Source: Antedon mediterranea (Eukaryota; Animalia; Echinodermata). From it: DNA of 64,000 nt. The position numbers were made by a program, and so were the translations under genes. Shown here in pieces: positions 24,801 to 35,771 of this stretch (its first letter is position 1; every line of letters starts with the position of its first letter). The notes below the pieces were generated by a model. That model was given only the letters and a program-made list of their open reading frames with translations. It was not told the DNA's origin and searched no databases. The DNA lies in assembly GCF_964355755.1 (NCBI RefSeq), contig NC_092677.1:12980101-13044100 (forward strand), given 5' to 3'.

Positions 24801-27800
24801 GGTGTCCATTTAATAGAGGTGTCCTCTTAATAGAGGTGTCCGTTTAATAGGGATGTCCCTTTAAATTCAATATTTATTAACATTCACCTTAACATTAAAG
24901 TATGGTTAATCAACAACATATACAAAAATGAACATAGACATAAAAGGAAAAGCAATAATAAAAGCATTCAATGAGCATGTATGTTGCATAAAGGTCGCTT
25001 AGTATTAGGTGGAGGCCTGAATAGTCGAGTGTCTTTAAAACGCCGAACATACATACTTCATAACTGGCTTGATGATATCGGGATGATTTGCACCCATAAT
25101 AAATAAAAAGTTTAGATTAAAATCTAGATCCGAGAATAATGCCGTTCTGATGTCATCATAAATGGGGTGTCCATTTATTAAGGTGTCCATTTATTAAGGT
25201 GTTTTACTGCATTTTTATTTAAGTTTTGTCTTTACCTTTAGCAGAGGGTTTCTTAATCTGATCTAAAATATTCTTTTACCTTGGTTAGATTCCAATAAAT
25301 AATTGAAATAAATTCTAAATTGAAAGCATAAACTGCGTTAGACTTGAGACACGCCGCAACTAATTTGCATACTTAGTTCAATGCTATATATACTTGACAC
25401 AAATGCGTTATCTACATTTTGCAGTTTTGTCTACAAATTGGCTGCATTGCAAGTTCCCTGAATAGAAATGACATAGCGTTTATTGCTTTTCAGCTGTGTA
25501 TATAGATACAGATTTCTGTGTTTTTTTTATATACAAATCAATTTTTGCTTTTTGATAAATATTTTATATTTAAATGTATTCAAAAAAAAAAAGACAAGAA
25601 GGCATAAAATATGTACTAACACAATATTAAATCTGTTTTCACTATTCAATTGTTGACCTTTGATAAAATGAATGTACACATACAAAATTAATTATAACTA
25701 AATAAAGAAACATTTTATTTTAAAGTTGTGCAAAAAGTAAGTTCCATTTTCAATGCAGAGTGACCTTAATATGGAAGTTAAATATTACTTATGCACTTTT
25801 TAACTATTTTGATTGAAGCACAAAGATTGATAAATATTTTATATTTAAATGTATTCAAACAATATTTTATATATGAACATGCATTTTTCAGACTATTGAA
25901 AATGTGATAGAAGCATGCAAAGAGCTTTACAGCAATCAGAGGTTCATTGCAGTTCTGGAGTACATCCTGGCAACTGGTAACTTTGTGAACAGTACAACAG
26001 GCAAAGGACAGGCTCTTGGTTTTAGGCTGTCAGCACTAACAAAGGTAAGAAAGAGATCGAAACAGATTGAATGACTCTGTCTACACTATCAAACTACTTT
26101 GATAAAAAATGTGTGATGTGCCCAAATATGATAGTAATTCATTCATTCATTTTTTTAATTTTGGAATACCAGGATGACATAATATATCCATAGTAAACAT
26201 CTTAATCTAAGAACTCATACAGTAGTACAAAAAAAAAAATAAAGGCATTCCACTGTATGTGCATTCTTGACACATTAAGAACGTGGAGATTAATGGTCAA
26301 AGTAATATGACATTATCACATTTGTTTTGTCACATAAAGTTTATAGTGTAGACAGAGCTTTAAAGTTGGTGTGCCATATACCAGTACAGCAAGTGCCAAA
26401 CACCATAGCAGGTACCATATACCACAGCAGGTACCATATACCACAGCAGGTGCCATATTCCATAGCAGGTGCCATATACCACAGCAGGTGCCATATACTA
26501 TACCACAGCAGGTGCCATATACTGTACTACAGCAGATGCCATATACCACAGCTGGTGCCATATTCCATAGCAGGTGCCATATACCACAGCAGGTGCCATA
26601 TACTGTACTACAGCAGATGCCATATACCACAGCAGGTATCATACACCATAGAAGGCATCATATACCACAGCAGGTATCATACACCATAGAAGGCATCATT
26701 TTTATTTTTTATTTTTATTTTATTCAATCAAAACCAACAGCGATAAATACCGCCACTAACAGGTTTGAAACTGTATACCATTGGCAGAGATAGGCTTGTG
26801 TACGGATGATAGATTATATCAGCGATGTTAATACTTGGGATGGAATTGCAAAACTAAAGAACAATTACTGTAATGTATTTATTTTTGTATCATTTATTTT
26901 GTAACAGTTGACAGAATGCAGATCAAAAGATAAAAACTACACGCTTCTCAAGTTCATTGTTGAACAGATGTATCAACAGGAACCGGACCTCCTGAATATT
27001 ATGGATGATCTTCAACCTGTTACTAAAGTAGCTGATGGTAAGATGCTAATCCAACGTCACCTTCTATTTTCCTCTACATGAACACATCATAATTTCCTGA
27101 GCTCTGATTATTCGCTTAGCCAAAATTGGAAACTGTTTGAACTAATTTTTTTGGCTGACGCAAAAAAGCTCTTAAAAAGTCGTCGCAGAAAGAGATTTGG
27201 AAAATGGAAATATGGATATGCATGCGTATAAGCTGATGCCTTTGATTGGTGCGAATAAATTCACCTAGTGCAAACTGGGCCGTAGGTTCGGTTGACTTGG
27301 AGATAAATTCACAGCTAATTTATAGAGGGCTCACTATAATAATATTCTTGATGATCAATAAATATAATAAAATGTTTTCTTTTTTTAGCATCTATTAAGG
27401 CTTTACAAGCAGAAGCAGAGATTATGAAGAAAGACCTATGTAAAATACGTAAAAATTCTTCTATCCTTCTTAACGATGAGGGCGCTTCAGAGGAAGATGC
27501 AAATTTCTGCGCACAAATTGATGTAAGTAATCTACTGTAATTGATCATTGAGTTGACACAATATAAGTTACAAAAAAAGTGGAGTCTTTATTTAGATTAT
27601 GAATGGATCATCACCTGTATAATTTAATCAGAAGTGGAAAGAAAGTATCTATTTTGATAGTCCCTTGCAATTGTCCCTAAAAAATGAAATAAAATGAACA
27701 CGAGTGAATATATTTATTTATCATTATTTAAACATATTTAGAAACTATTTTATTTTGTTACAGCTGTTTGTTGAGCACTATGATGTAAAGATGAAAACAT

Positions 27801-28962
27801 TGTCAAGCAAGAGTGAAGAGATGGGTACAGCATATACTTTAGTTTTGGTACGTACATTATTTTCAAACCATATAATTCCTTATAAACCATTCTGACATCA
27901 GTCGGTTATCTTTCTTTTGTATCATCATCATTGTTTTGTATATTTGCAGACCCGGTTTGGAGAGCCCTTAAGTACAGACTCTGAGGAACTCTTCTCTGGT
28001 GTCAATTCATTTATAAAAGATTTCCAAAAGGAAGTTGATCTGCTTGTGGCAGCTGATGCAGCAGCTCTTCACAGGTTTGTCTCTTAGAAACAACATGAAT
28101 ATTTTGACAAAACAAATGTGATGTGCCCAAATATGGTAGCCACCTACAACCACCTTTTTTTTGTTTTTTCAGTGCTACAAAATTCCAGTTGTCACAATCT
28201 ACAAAAACGGAGGCATTAGTATCTGAATCAGAGTGTAGTACCCTGGAGAGGTCAAGCTCCATCAGTAGTGCAGAGAGTCAAACAATATTCCGTTCACCTT
28301 CTGGTACGCCAACGCATGTCCAAGAATTACGAAAAGCATTCGGCGAGAAAGCCAGAAAAGAGGCGGGCATGTCCACATTTGAAAAAGAACTTAGGAGAGT
28401 AAATAAAAAGGAGAAATCAGCAAAAGGCAAAGGTGATCCATCATCAACCAAGAATGGAAAGGTACGAACTCTTGGAATTTGCATTTCATTTTTCTTCCTG
28501 CAGATCTTCAAACTTGGCATATGCAAAAAATTCAGGGGATTTTGTCAGGACATTTTTTTTACAAAAGTAGATAAATAAAATGACACAATATTACTTTTAA
28601 AATTAAAAAAATATTTTGTTTTTGTTTTCAAACTTCATTTATATTATTACATTTTTCAGAAATCAAACAAAAAACCGACCAAAGAAGGATATATGGAGAA
28701 GTTAAGCTCTGGCCGCAACCAAACATGGAACAAACGATTCTTTGAGTTGGCTCAGACTGGGCATTTACACTATTCCAAGAAAAAGAACGATCGTAGCGTA
28801 GAGTCTATATACCTACGTGATTGCCCATGCTCAGTGGATGGTGAAGATGAACGCATCATCGTTCTAGAAACCGAAGAACGTGTGTACAAGTTTCGTGCAA
28901 CGACAAAAACAGATGCTGCCAATTGGTTGAATGGAATTTTAGCATACACTGGCAGGAAATAA
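372..28962 (+). CDS. PH-domain-containing formin (PHCF-type; PH-like, PH, FH1, FH2, PH), 5' end lies outside the window
   Basis: Phase-consistent GT-AG exons: 372-698, 4129-4311, 6371-6463, 10065-10145, 10781-10944, 13305-13463, 14389-14458, 14795-14944, 15635-15768, 16084-16583, 17103-17852, 18314-18438, 20342-20444, 20734-20911, 21400-21577, 25892-26044, 26908-27037, 27389-27522, 27764-27847, 27950-28074, 28173-28461, 28660-28962 (4413 nt, 1470 aa plus stop). FH2 motifs: KMRPFHWNK, SVW, LLDPKLAQNLGIFL, DRFM..MCEIP, LEYILATGNFVN, GFRLSALTKL, TLLKFI, RFGE..SEELF. PH motifs: LKEGLLEKK..WTKRWVRI..LSYYK..DEWIRAL and KEGYMEKL..WNKRFFEL..LHYSK..NWLNGI. Confidence 0.93.
780..1230. repeat. Polypyrimidine/polypurine low-complexity tract
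   Basis: About 450 bp made almost entirely of C and T on + (TTCCC-like units); source of the spurious Pro/Phe/Ser and Gly/Lys ORFs. Confidence 0.85.
11086..11562. repeat. About 120-bp tandem repeat, about 4 copies
   Basis: Unit TGTTGGTATAGAAACTTTATTTAAAGATGTCACCTAAAGTTTCTTGGCAGATGTC...GTTGGCAACATTGATT; the third copy has an internal deletion. Confidence 0.9.
12768..12811. repeat. (TA)n microsatellite
   Basis: Directly visible. Confidence 0.95.
13507..13646. mobile_element. PIF/Harbinger-like MITE, about 140 bp (family A)
   Basis: TIRs AGCTCTGTCTACACTATCAAAC and GTTTGATAGTGTAGACAGAGCT, flanked by TTA on both sides (3-bp TWA TSD typical of PIF/Harbinger). Confidence 0.85.
14505..14644. mobile_element. 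Family A MITE, diverged copy
   Basis: CTCTGTTTACACTATCAAACTAG...GTTTGATAG..GTGTAGAGCT with the same internal core (ATGTCCATATGGGCACATC). Confidence 0.8.
15224..15547. repeat. 33-bp minisatellite, about 10 copies
   Basis: Unit AAATGGGTACAGGCCCCTGGATGTGCTCAAGTG; explains the repetitive ORFs at 15169-15556. Confidence 0.92.
16905..17060. repeat. Degenerate about 34-bp tandem repeat
   Basis: Repeated AAGCATGGAATCTTTCTAGGAATGGAACTATTTT. Confidence 0.75.
19766..19884. mobile_element. Family A MITE, diverged copy
   Basis: CTGTCTACACTATC...AGTTTGATAGTGTAGACAGAGCT. Confidence 0.8.
22007..23593 (+). mobile_element. Non-autonomous Helentron/HINE (DINE-1-like) rolling-circle element, about 1.6 kb
   Basis: 5' subterminal IR GGTTATCCGC (22009) with a nearby partial inverted copy GGATAACC; (CAT)n and TTC microsatellite; CpG-rich core with diverged internal repeats; 3' subTIR GCGGATAACC (23551-23560), then hairpin AACTCGTCA-AAG-TGACGAGTT, ending CTAGTT. 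Confidence 0.8.
24566..24864. repeat. About 19-20-bp tandem array (TTAATAGAGGTGTCCCT) derived from the subterminal repeat of a MITE (family B)
   Basis: About 15 degenerate copies; the same motif occurs in dispersed elements at about 33885-33965, 38340-38490, 41950-42393 and 60150-60305, some ending in ...TTTTACTG. Confidence 0.8.
24864..25160 (-). mobile_element. 5'-truncated LINE fragment (ORF2 C-terminus plus tail) inserted in the family B MITE
   Basis: Minus strand reads YDDIRTALFSDLDFNLNFLFIMGANHPDIIKPVMKYVCSAF*, resembling the ORF2 end after the zinc knuckle, followed by an AATAAA..TTGAAT tail; the MITE motif resumes at about 25161. Confidence 0.6.
26073..26359. mobile_element. Family A MITE interrupted by an about 190-bp insertion with an (ATTC)n tail
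   Basis: Left TIR CTCTGTCTACACTATCAAAC at about 26075; right TIR ATAGTGTAGACAGAGCT ending 26359; foreign sequence starts ATTCATTCATTCAT at about 26137. Confidence 0.7.
26372..26698. repeat. About 21-bp minisatellite (CCATATACCACAGCAGGTG variants)
   Basis: Directly visible; source of ORFs at 26316-26793. Confidence 0.9.
28660..28962 (+). other. C-terminal PH domain of the formin, encoded by the single last coding exon
   Basis: TKEGYMEKLSSGRNQTWNKRFFELAQTGHLHYSKK...RVYKFRATTKTDAANWLNGI: classical PH beta1/beta2 pattern with the Trp-containing C-terminal helix. Confidence 0.9.
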
Positions 28963-29867
28963 AAAATTCTGTATAAATATTTGAGTTTATAAACAAATGA
29001 TTTTAATTAAATCCTGGAATTCTTTTTATTAATTGATCTAAAACTTAAATTTATACAATTGACATGTTGTTTAGAATACAGAAACCCAGGATGAGTTTTG
29101 AGTGTGCTTCTGAAGTCGGAAACTTTTGTTATGTCATGAAAGACTGTCTTGAAAATCAGATACTGTACTTATGCATATGGTTGTCCAGTTCATCTACACT
29201 ATATGCCGAGTGTACTGCATTTATTATTGAGTTGTGCTATCTTTACAAGCTTCAAGAGTTAAATTAGTAGTTTAGTTGCTATTTTAGAATTGACATGCAT
29301 TTGTACATTTGTATGATATTTGAAAATTTAGGTACAACATATTTATTATATTATTTTCAAATGGCAAGTAAAAATTATAACAAATAAAGGAGAATCAATT
29401 ACCAACTACTTTATATAGAAAGGATGATTTGGGATTTGAATATTTAAAAAAAAATTATTTTTTAATTTGTTTTTAAAATAGATTATATAAGCATCAGATT
29501 ATCCATTAGGTTTGTAGAATAATGTTATTAGAGTCTACAATATTTTAAAGCAAAAGTATGTTTTTTTTTCAATTTTAAATTATCAACACATTTTTCAAAG
29601 CAATATTATTTCTAAGCTTATTTTTATACGTAATATACTTGATATTATATTTTATTGATAAAAAAATAGAGTTAGAGCAACGGTATTTATGTTAACTGTA
29701 TATATAAACAAAACAGCATTTGTTATTATTTGTATTGAGCATAAGGGAAATAGAAACTATTCAATATTGTTAAAGGAAATCCTCATCTGACCAATGTAAC
29801 ATAAGCTATTGCATGTTTTTCTGCAATATAAAGCAGGTGGGAGTTTAATAGCTTCCTCCTTTGTTAA

Positions 29868-30556
29868 AGATATCGTCCAGTTTCTGCAATGTAAAATTTA
29901 ATGCGAGAAATATCATGTGTATGGGAATGTATTCTGAAAGTTATCTAGTTGATAGTAACATCCAGTTACTGCAAAGTGAAGTTTGGTTTTGAGATATCGT
30001 CCAGTTTCTGCAATGCGAAATATACTGTAAGCATAGCTTTCTCCTAGAAGAGAATATATCATCAGTTTATGTGTATTCTGAAAGTTACCTTGTTGATGGT
30101 AACATCCAGTTACTGCAAAGTGAAGTTTGGTATCGAGATATTGTCCAGTTTCTGCAATGTGAAATACACTGTAAGCTTTCTCCTAGAAGAGAAGATATCA
30201 TCAGTTTATGTGTATTCAGAAAGTTACCTTGTTGATGGTAACACCCAGTTACTGCAAAGTAAAGGTTGGTTTTGAGATATCGTCCAGTTTCTGCAATGTG
30301 AAATACAAGCATAGGTTTCTCCTAGAAGAGAATATATCATCAGTTTATGTGTATTCTGAAAGTTACCTTGTTGATGGTAACATCCAGTTACTGCAAGGTA
30401 AAGGTTGGTTTTGAGATATCGTCCAGTTTCTGCAATGTGAAATATACTGTAAGCATAGCTTTCTCCTAGAAGAGAATATATCATCAGTTTATGTGTATTC
30501 TGAAAGTTACCTTGTTTCCTTGTTGATGGTAACGTCCGGTTACTGCAAAGTGAAGT
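29868..30556. repeat. About 139-bp tandem repeat, about 5 copies, downstream of the formin stop
   Basis: Unit GAGATATCGTCCAGTTTCTGCAATG...TATTCTGAAAGTTACCTTGTTGATGGTAACATCCAGTTACTGCAAAG. Confidence 0.9.
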
Positions 30557-33500
30557 GTAGAGTTATCATTATACAATGGAAATACTGGATCACCTTGTTT
30601 CAGCATGCAACACTCCCATGGGAGGCTGCCGAATTGCTTGCACTGAAGATAGTATACCAGGAGGATAAATATTGGACAACAAACAATGGAAGACAATGGC
30701 ATTCTTTTGTCCATTTATAGGCCGACAACCGCTCGTGAAGATGTTTTAAGTAGTAAAAACAATAACAGTAAATAAATAAACTATCATGTTTTAAAAGAGA
30801 TATTAAAATGAATTTATAAAATGATGATAATAATAATGTATTCAGTCAATGAGAATGTAATCAAGTTTAAAATGCTGAATATTCAGATGAATTTGTACAG
30901 TGTTATTTCTACTGGTTAGTAGTACAAATAGTTTTACTTGTAAAAAGTTTAATCTTTGTTATATAATATACAAGTATGGAATTGAAAATAAACTATTTTT
31001 ACAGAGAATGTTATTGTTGTCTTTTTGATAGGTATGGTGGCATCTTTAAAACAGTAGAAGATATTAAGAACCTGGGTTGAAGAATAGTAGGCTAGGTGAC
31101 TCCAACCAGTAGGAATAGATGAGCATGTGTGGGTTAAGGCTTATCTCTCAGATTCAGATAAAGCAGACAAGACCAGTGTCTGTTATGATATAAAGTAAAG
31201 GAGAGTGCAAAAAGATTAGCCATGGATTCAAACCATACACCATGAGGACCTGTGACCTGTGACTTGAAACATTTAACAGGAATGTAGGTAGAAAAGTCTA
31301 GGAGTGGGTGATTTAAAACCTAAAGTGTTATGGGGGGAAAAACAGTACTTTCAGGTACCCATAGGTTTCATGGGTGGGGTTGAAATTAGGCCTTAAAATA
31401 AGGTTTAGGCTGGGCGGAAGTCTACAATGGTTCCTGCCTAGCATCCATGTTTGAATTATTAGGGAAGAGTGAAATTACTCTTCCCTGGAATTATTAACAA
31501 ATTATCAGTCAGACAGTGTTTGGTTAAAGCAGTGTGCCAGTTTAATATACAGAATCGGAAAAATTAAAGAATATTTTTCTACTAATAATGAAGTTGTTTA
31601 AACATACATACACAAATCTAGATAGTGAAAATTGCTCTACTGCAGTTTTTATAATCACTAATGCATTGCAGTAGCTCACCATATTCTATGTACCGTACTG
31701 TATCTCCACATATGGCATTATATTTTACAGTATTGTAGGCAATTTCTGTAACACAGTGTCACATATGTATCATATGTGATACCTGTATTCTTTTAAAGAT
31801 AACTACAGTAGAATAATTTGAACCAGTATTCTAAGAAAAAAACAAGACAACAACAACAAAAAATGTACATTTAGGAGTTTTATAAAAAATGTTTATGTCA
31901 TGACGGCAGAATTTATAAAGCTGTGCATGCTCTCAGGTCAATCTGAATCGACAGAAGATGACTGGTGTAGTCACAAAAGCTATCACAACTATCAATGGTT
32001 TGGAAGCATGTTCTATTGCTTCGTAATACCACTCTGCCAACCCGACGTCAACATCTAATAATTTCTATTATAATACAAGTCTTGCTTTACGAATATTTAG
32101 CTGAATTGCTGACTGAACCACATTGATAGTAACATCAATTTTCTGAATGCATTAAATCTAATATAAAATTAATTTAAATAGTGCATGCTATGACTTTTAG
32201 AAATGTATAAACAAAAATTGTATACTGTATATATTCCTATTAAAAGATATAATTTTCCCCCTTACAAAAACTGTTTTTTTGTTTGATAACATTTTAATAT
32301 AGTTATTCACTTTGTCTAAAAACTGGATCGGTAAACTAATTTAAAGCAAAAAATTGGTTTTTGGTTAAAATTAACCGTTTCTTTTGTCTTTTTATAAGTG
32401 AAATAACTATTTTTGTTGATTTTTTTTCTACAGTAGGTAAACAACTTTATTAAACTGCAAAATGGCCTGTTCAAAGTCTGATTTTAATAATCTTTATTTT
32501 TCAGGTTTTTGGGGGACAATACATCTTTAAATTTGTGTTTGTGTTTTTCTTTATAAATTAAATTTAGTTAGCAATTCATTATATTAGACATTTTAAACCT
32601 GGTGTTATCAACAGAGAACGATTTAAACTTGACAATATCTAATAATATATTAAAGCTATAAATTCACTTTTTCTATCAAAATCAAACAAAAACTTAAATT
32701 TTGTACCAAATAAATAATTGGTTAATTAATATTTGGTATGTACCACAATAATTTTCTATGTTGATAAATTTGTTTCAAAGAACAACAAAGCCAATTTTAA
32801 AAGTGATTTTTAAAGTTTTATTTACTTATCTCTGACAAACACGGTTAACAATTTGATATAATAGCATGTTATTTTTTATACAAGTGTCTTTCTTATCATC
32901 ATCTTCAAAATGGAATAACTTTGTTTTGTACAGTACATTTCAGTATACAGCGTATATTGCTTCCTGACTATTTGGAATTAGTTTTTTTGGGAAAAAAAAT
33001 GTTAATAATAATGCATTCCTATCGAATATTATTGCGAGTAATGCAAAACAATGTTATTTAGTAAAATGTATTGGTTTAATTTAATGAATATTCATATGTT
33101 GAAGATTGTCTTAATATCCTTAGTCATACTCAGAAAATGGATATTTTAAATATTAATGATCATGTCACAAAATTCTAAACATTATTTAACACCATATTTA
33201 TCAATACTTTTGAATATTCATGAGGAAATCTAAAACTGTTGAATATTCATTGAATAATAATGACAGGTGAATTGTCCTGTAAAAACTACTGTCATTTTAT
33301 GACTATGGAATCATTATGAATTGTTTCTTATTACTGGACAAACGTTTTCTACTAGTTTACACAACATTGTTATAAACCCACCTCAACTCCGTTTTCATAA
33401 ACAGGTCAAGTCATGACCTGACTTTTTCACATAATAGAATAAGCATAAGTATCAAAACAAGACCTATATTCAATCACACATTTCAATGCAAATTTGTTTT

Positions 33501-33560
33501 TTTAAACAGGTCTTTGCTTATATTTTTGATAGGATAATTAAGCAGGTACTAACAAACTAA

Positions 33561-35771
33561 TCAGTAAGTTGAGCCTTCTGGTGGTTGAGCTAGTTTCACA
33601 TTCTCTTTCAATAACATTGATCTCCTTAATTCACTTAAAACCGTCTTTAGTGTGTAATTACGTTGCCATTTTTCAAGTACACTGAATTTCTTGGTTTCGA
33701 CCTGTAACAATATATTATATAATAATTAAATCCAAAGGCAAAATACTGAAAAAATGACAATGCTGTGTGTATCAGTGGCTGGATCTCAATGGAGATACAA
33801 ACAAATAAAGCGAAAAGCTAAATCAAAACGATAAAGTAAAACAGCCAGGAAAGTTAGTATTATATATATATAATATTGAATATTACAGTACTACTATTAA
33901 AGGGACACATTTGAGAACAAAAGAGTGCTCTTAAAATGGGTGGGTCTCCTAAATAGTGGATGTAGTGTTAAAACATAAATATCACACCTTATTCATTTCG
34001 TCCCCTGAATAGGAGGGTAATAATGTATATATAAATGTGGTATTTATTTATTATGATTTTTAATCCATGGTTAAGATTGGCATGTAGAAAGTATTTACAA
34101 TAACTGGTCTTATAGCATTTTATGTAATATAGAAAAACCCTTTCTTTGAGAAACCCCTGTTTAGTTGATAACATATGTATTAAGTATACAGCTAACCCCT
34201 ATTTCAGTGGACACCTTGTTTGGTCTACTGTATTGTGTCACATGCAGCGAAGGATGTATTTTCATCTACTTACTAATCCAGTGCTATTTACACAGTTAAG
34301 ATTTATCCTGGTCAAAAATCGTACAATTGGAGGTTTATCTGGGTATTCCATGCCACAGTCCATACTCAAGCTGTAGATTCTTCCATCAAACACTGACTGG
34401 AAATATATAAAGCAGGAAAAAGTAAGATTAGTACATTCCAGTATATTAAAATAGTTGTTCATGAAGAATAGTATTTTTATCATACTCCATTTCGGTCTAA
34501 TTTTCTTCTATACAATTTTCCCATCAGCACTTTAAACGAAACCTTGACAGCTGTTTCCAAAGCCCTGTCTACACTAACAAACTTCATGTGAAAAATAGTG
34601 TGATGTGCCCATATATGGACATGTCACATCACTACAGTGCCATATTTGGGCATATCACTATCATATTTGGGCACATCACACTTTTTTTGTCAAACTAAAG
34701 TTTAAAGTGCTATGCTATTGATACTTGGGCTAGTAGCGTATAATATCAAATCACTAGATATTTGATCACAATCATAATAAAATAAGTGATGACACTTTAT
34801 TTCTGCCTGCCTTGAGGTAAACAAACTCACTCTTGGTGGGCCAATAATCATGCCATTCCATCCGTGTAGGTGCAAGTCATCGTCGGATTGCAACCCCCAA
34901 CTTATAGTGCCATCTCCTCCGCCTTTTTGACCTTCTTCTAATTCTTCCAAAAGTCTAAAATTACGAGGAACAACTAAAAAAAAAACCATAAAAAAAATTG
35001 TAATAAAAAAATTATGACTTTCTCAGAGTTGTATGTACTGTTATGCAAACTGTCATCGTGTCTGCCACCAACATAATTTTAAAATTTCTAATAATTTATG
35101 AGTACTGAGGCAGAATAGGCTAGATTAATTCGAACAGAGAGGTCTCTAGTCTAGATTAGCCTACTACTACTCTATCGTCATTTATATGTGTTGTATATGA
35201 TGAATGTCAGTACAGTGTCACTCAGTCATGCTCATTAGCCTAGTAGAGAGGCTAATCAAGAAGTGATTGTTTTTTTGTCATACCTATTGAATTTTATTTA
35301 ATATAGCTAGCCTACGCCTAACCTACTACTATACTATAGAAAAAAGAAGGGCTTATGTCAATAATGGTCATGTGCATAATATAACAATCGGCGTTTATCA
35401 TGTAGATTATATGAAATATAGAACATTCTATTCTAGCCCAGCCAGATGATCGTAGGTAGGTCGTGAAAAACGTCGTGAATACTGAATAGACACCGCCCGT
35501 GCCGTGTGAATATTAAAACACGGAACACTCTACAGTACAACACAGTACAACACAGTACCACACCACTCTCTCTGAACTGCCGCGCCGGTAAATTTGTGGT
35601 TAAACAAACGTTTAATTATCATAAAAACAAGAACTTTTTCAAAATTACACAGAACTGTGATTGTAGGAAAATATCTGATAAAGGGCATAACATCACGAAA
35701 TGTGTTTTCATTTTGAAGTTTATAGATAAAATATAGATATTTAACAAACCTGTGGTCGCGGATCCCGCCAT
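33561..35771 (-). CDS. UBE2V2: Ubiquitin-conjugating enzyme E2 variant (UBE2V1/UBE2V2, MMS2/UEV1 family)
   Basis: Exons on the minus strand: 35771-35750, 34973-34831, 34396-34274, 33701-33561 (429 nt, 142 aa). Translation [35 protein letters not shown]...[36 protein letters not shown]...[10 protein letters not shown]. Probably co-orthologous to vertebrate UBE2V1 and UBE2V2. Confidence 0.96.
34561..34700. mobile_element. Family A MITE, right end degenerate, in UBE2V intron 2
   Basis: AGCCCTGTCTACACTAACAAAC plus the core GTGATGTGCCCATATATGGACATG. Confidence 0.75.

Larger units (their letters stand above)
18314..28074 (+). other. FH1 poly-proline run plus FH2 domain of the formin (exons 12-20)
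   Basis: A run of nine prolines followed by the lasso motif KMRPFHWNK, knob motif AQNLGIFL and post motif GNFVN...GFRL; recognised from known formin FH2 consensus. Confidence 0.92.

Noticed and set aside
25552-25859. 33-bp direct repeat (25552-25584 and 25827-25859) as a TSD or LTR
   Set aside because: AT-rich, with no element features between the copies; probably a local duplication.
26316-26793. Repetitive ORFs (YHSRCHI, PQQVPY)
   Set aside because: Minisatellite translation.
33080-33255. Three TGAATATTCAT palindromes (POU-like sites) downstream of the UBE2V stop
   Set aside because: AT-rich motif that could be chance or TE-derived; no independent support.
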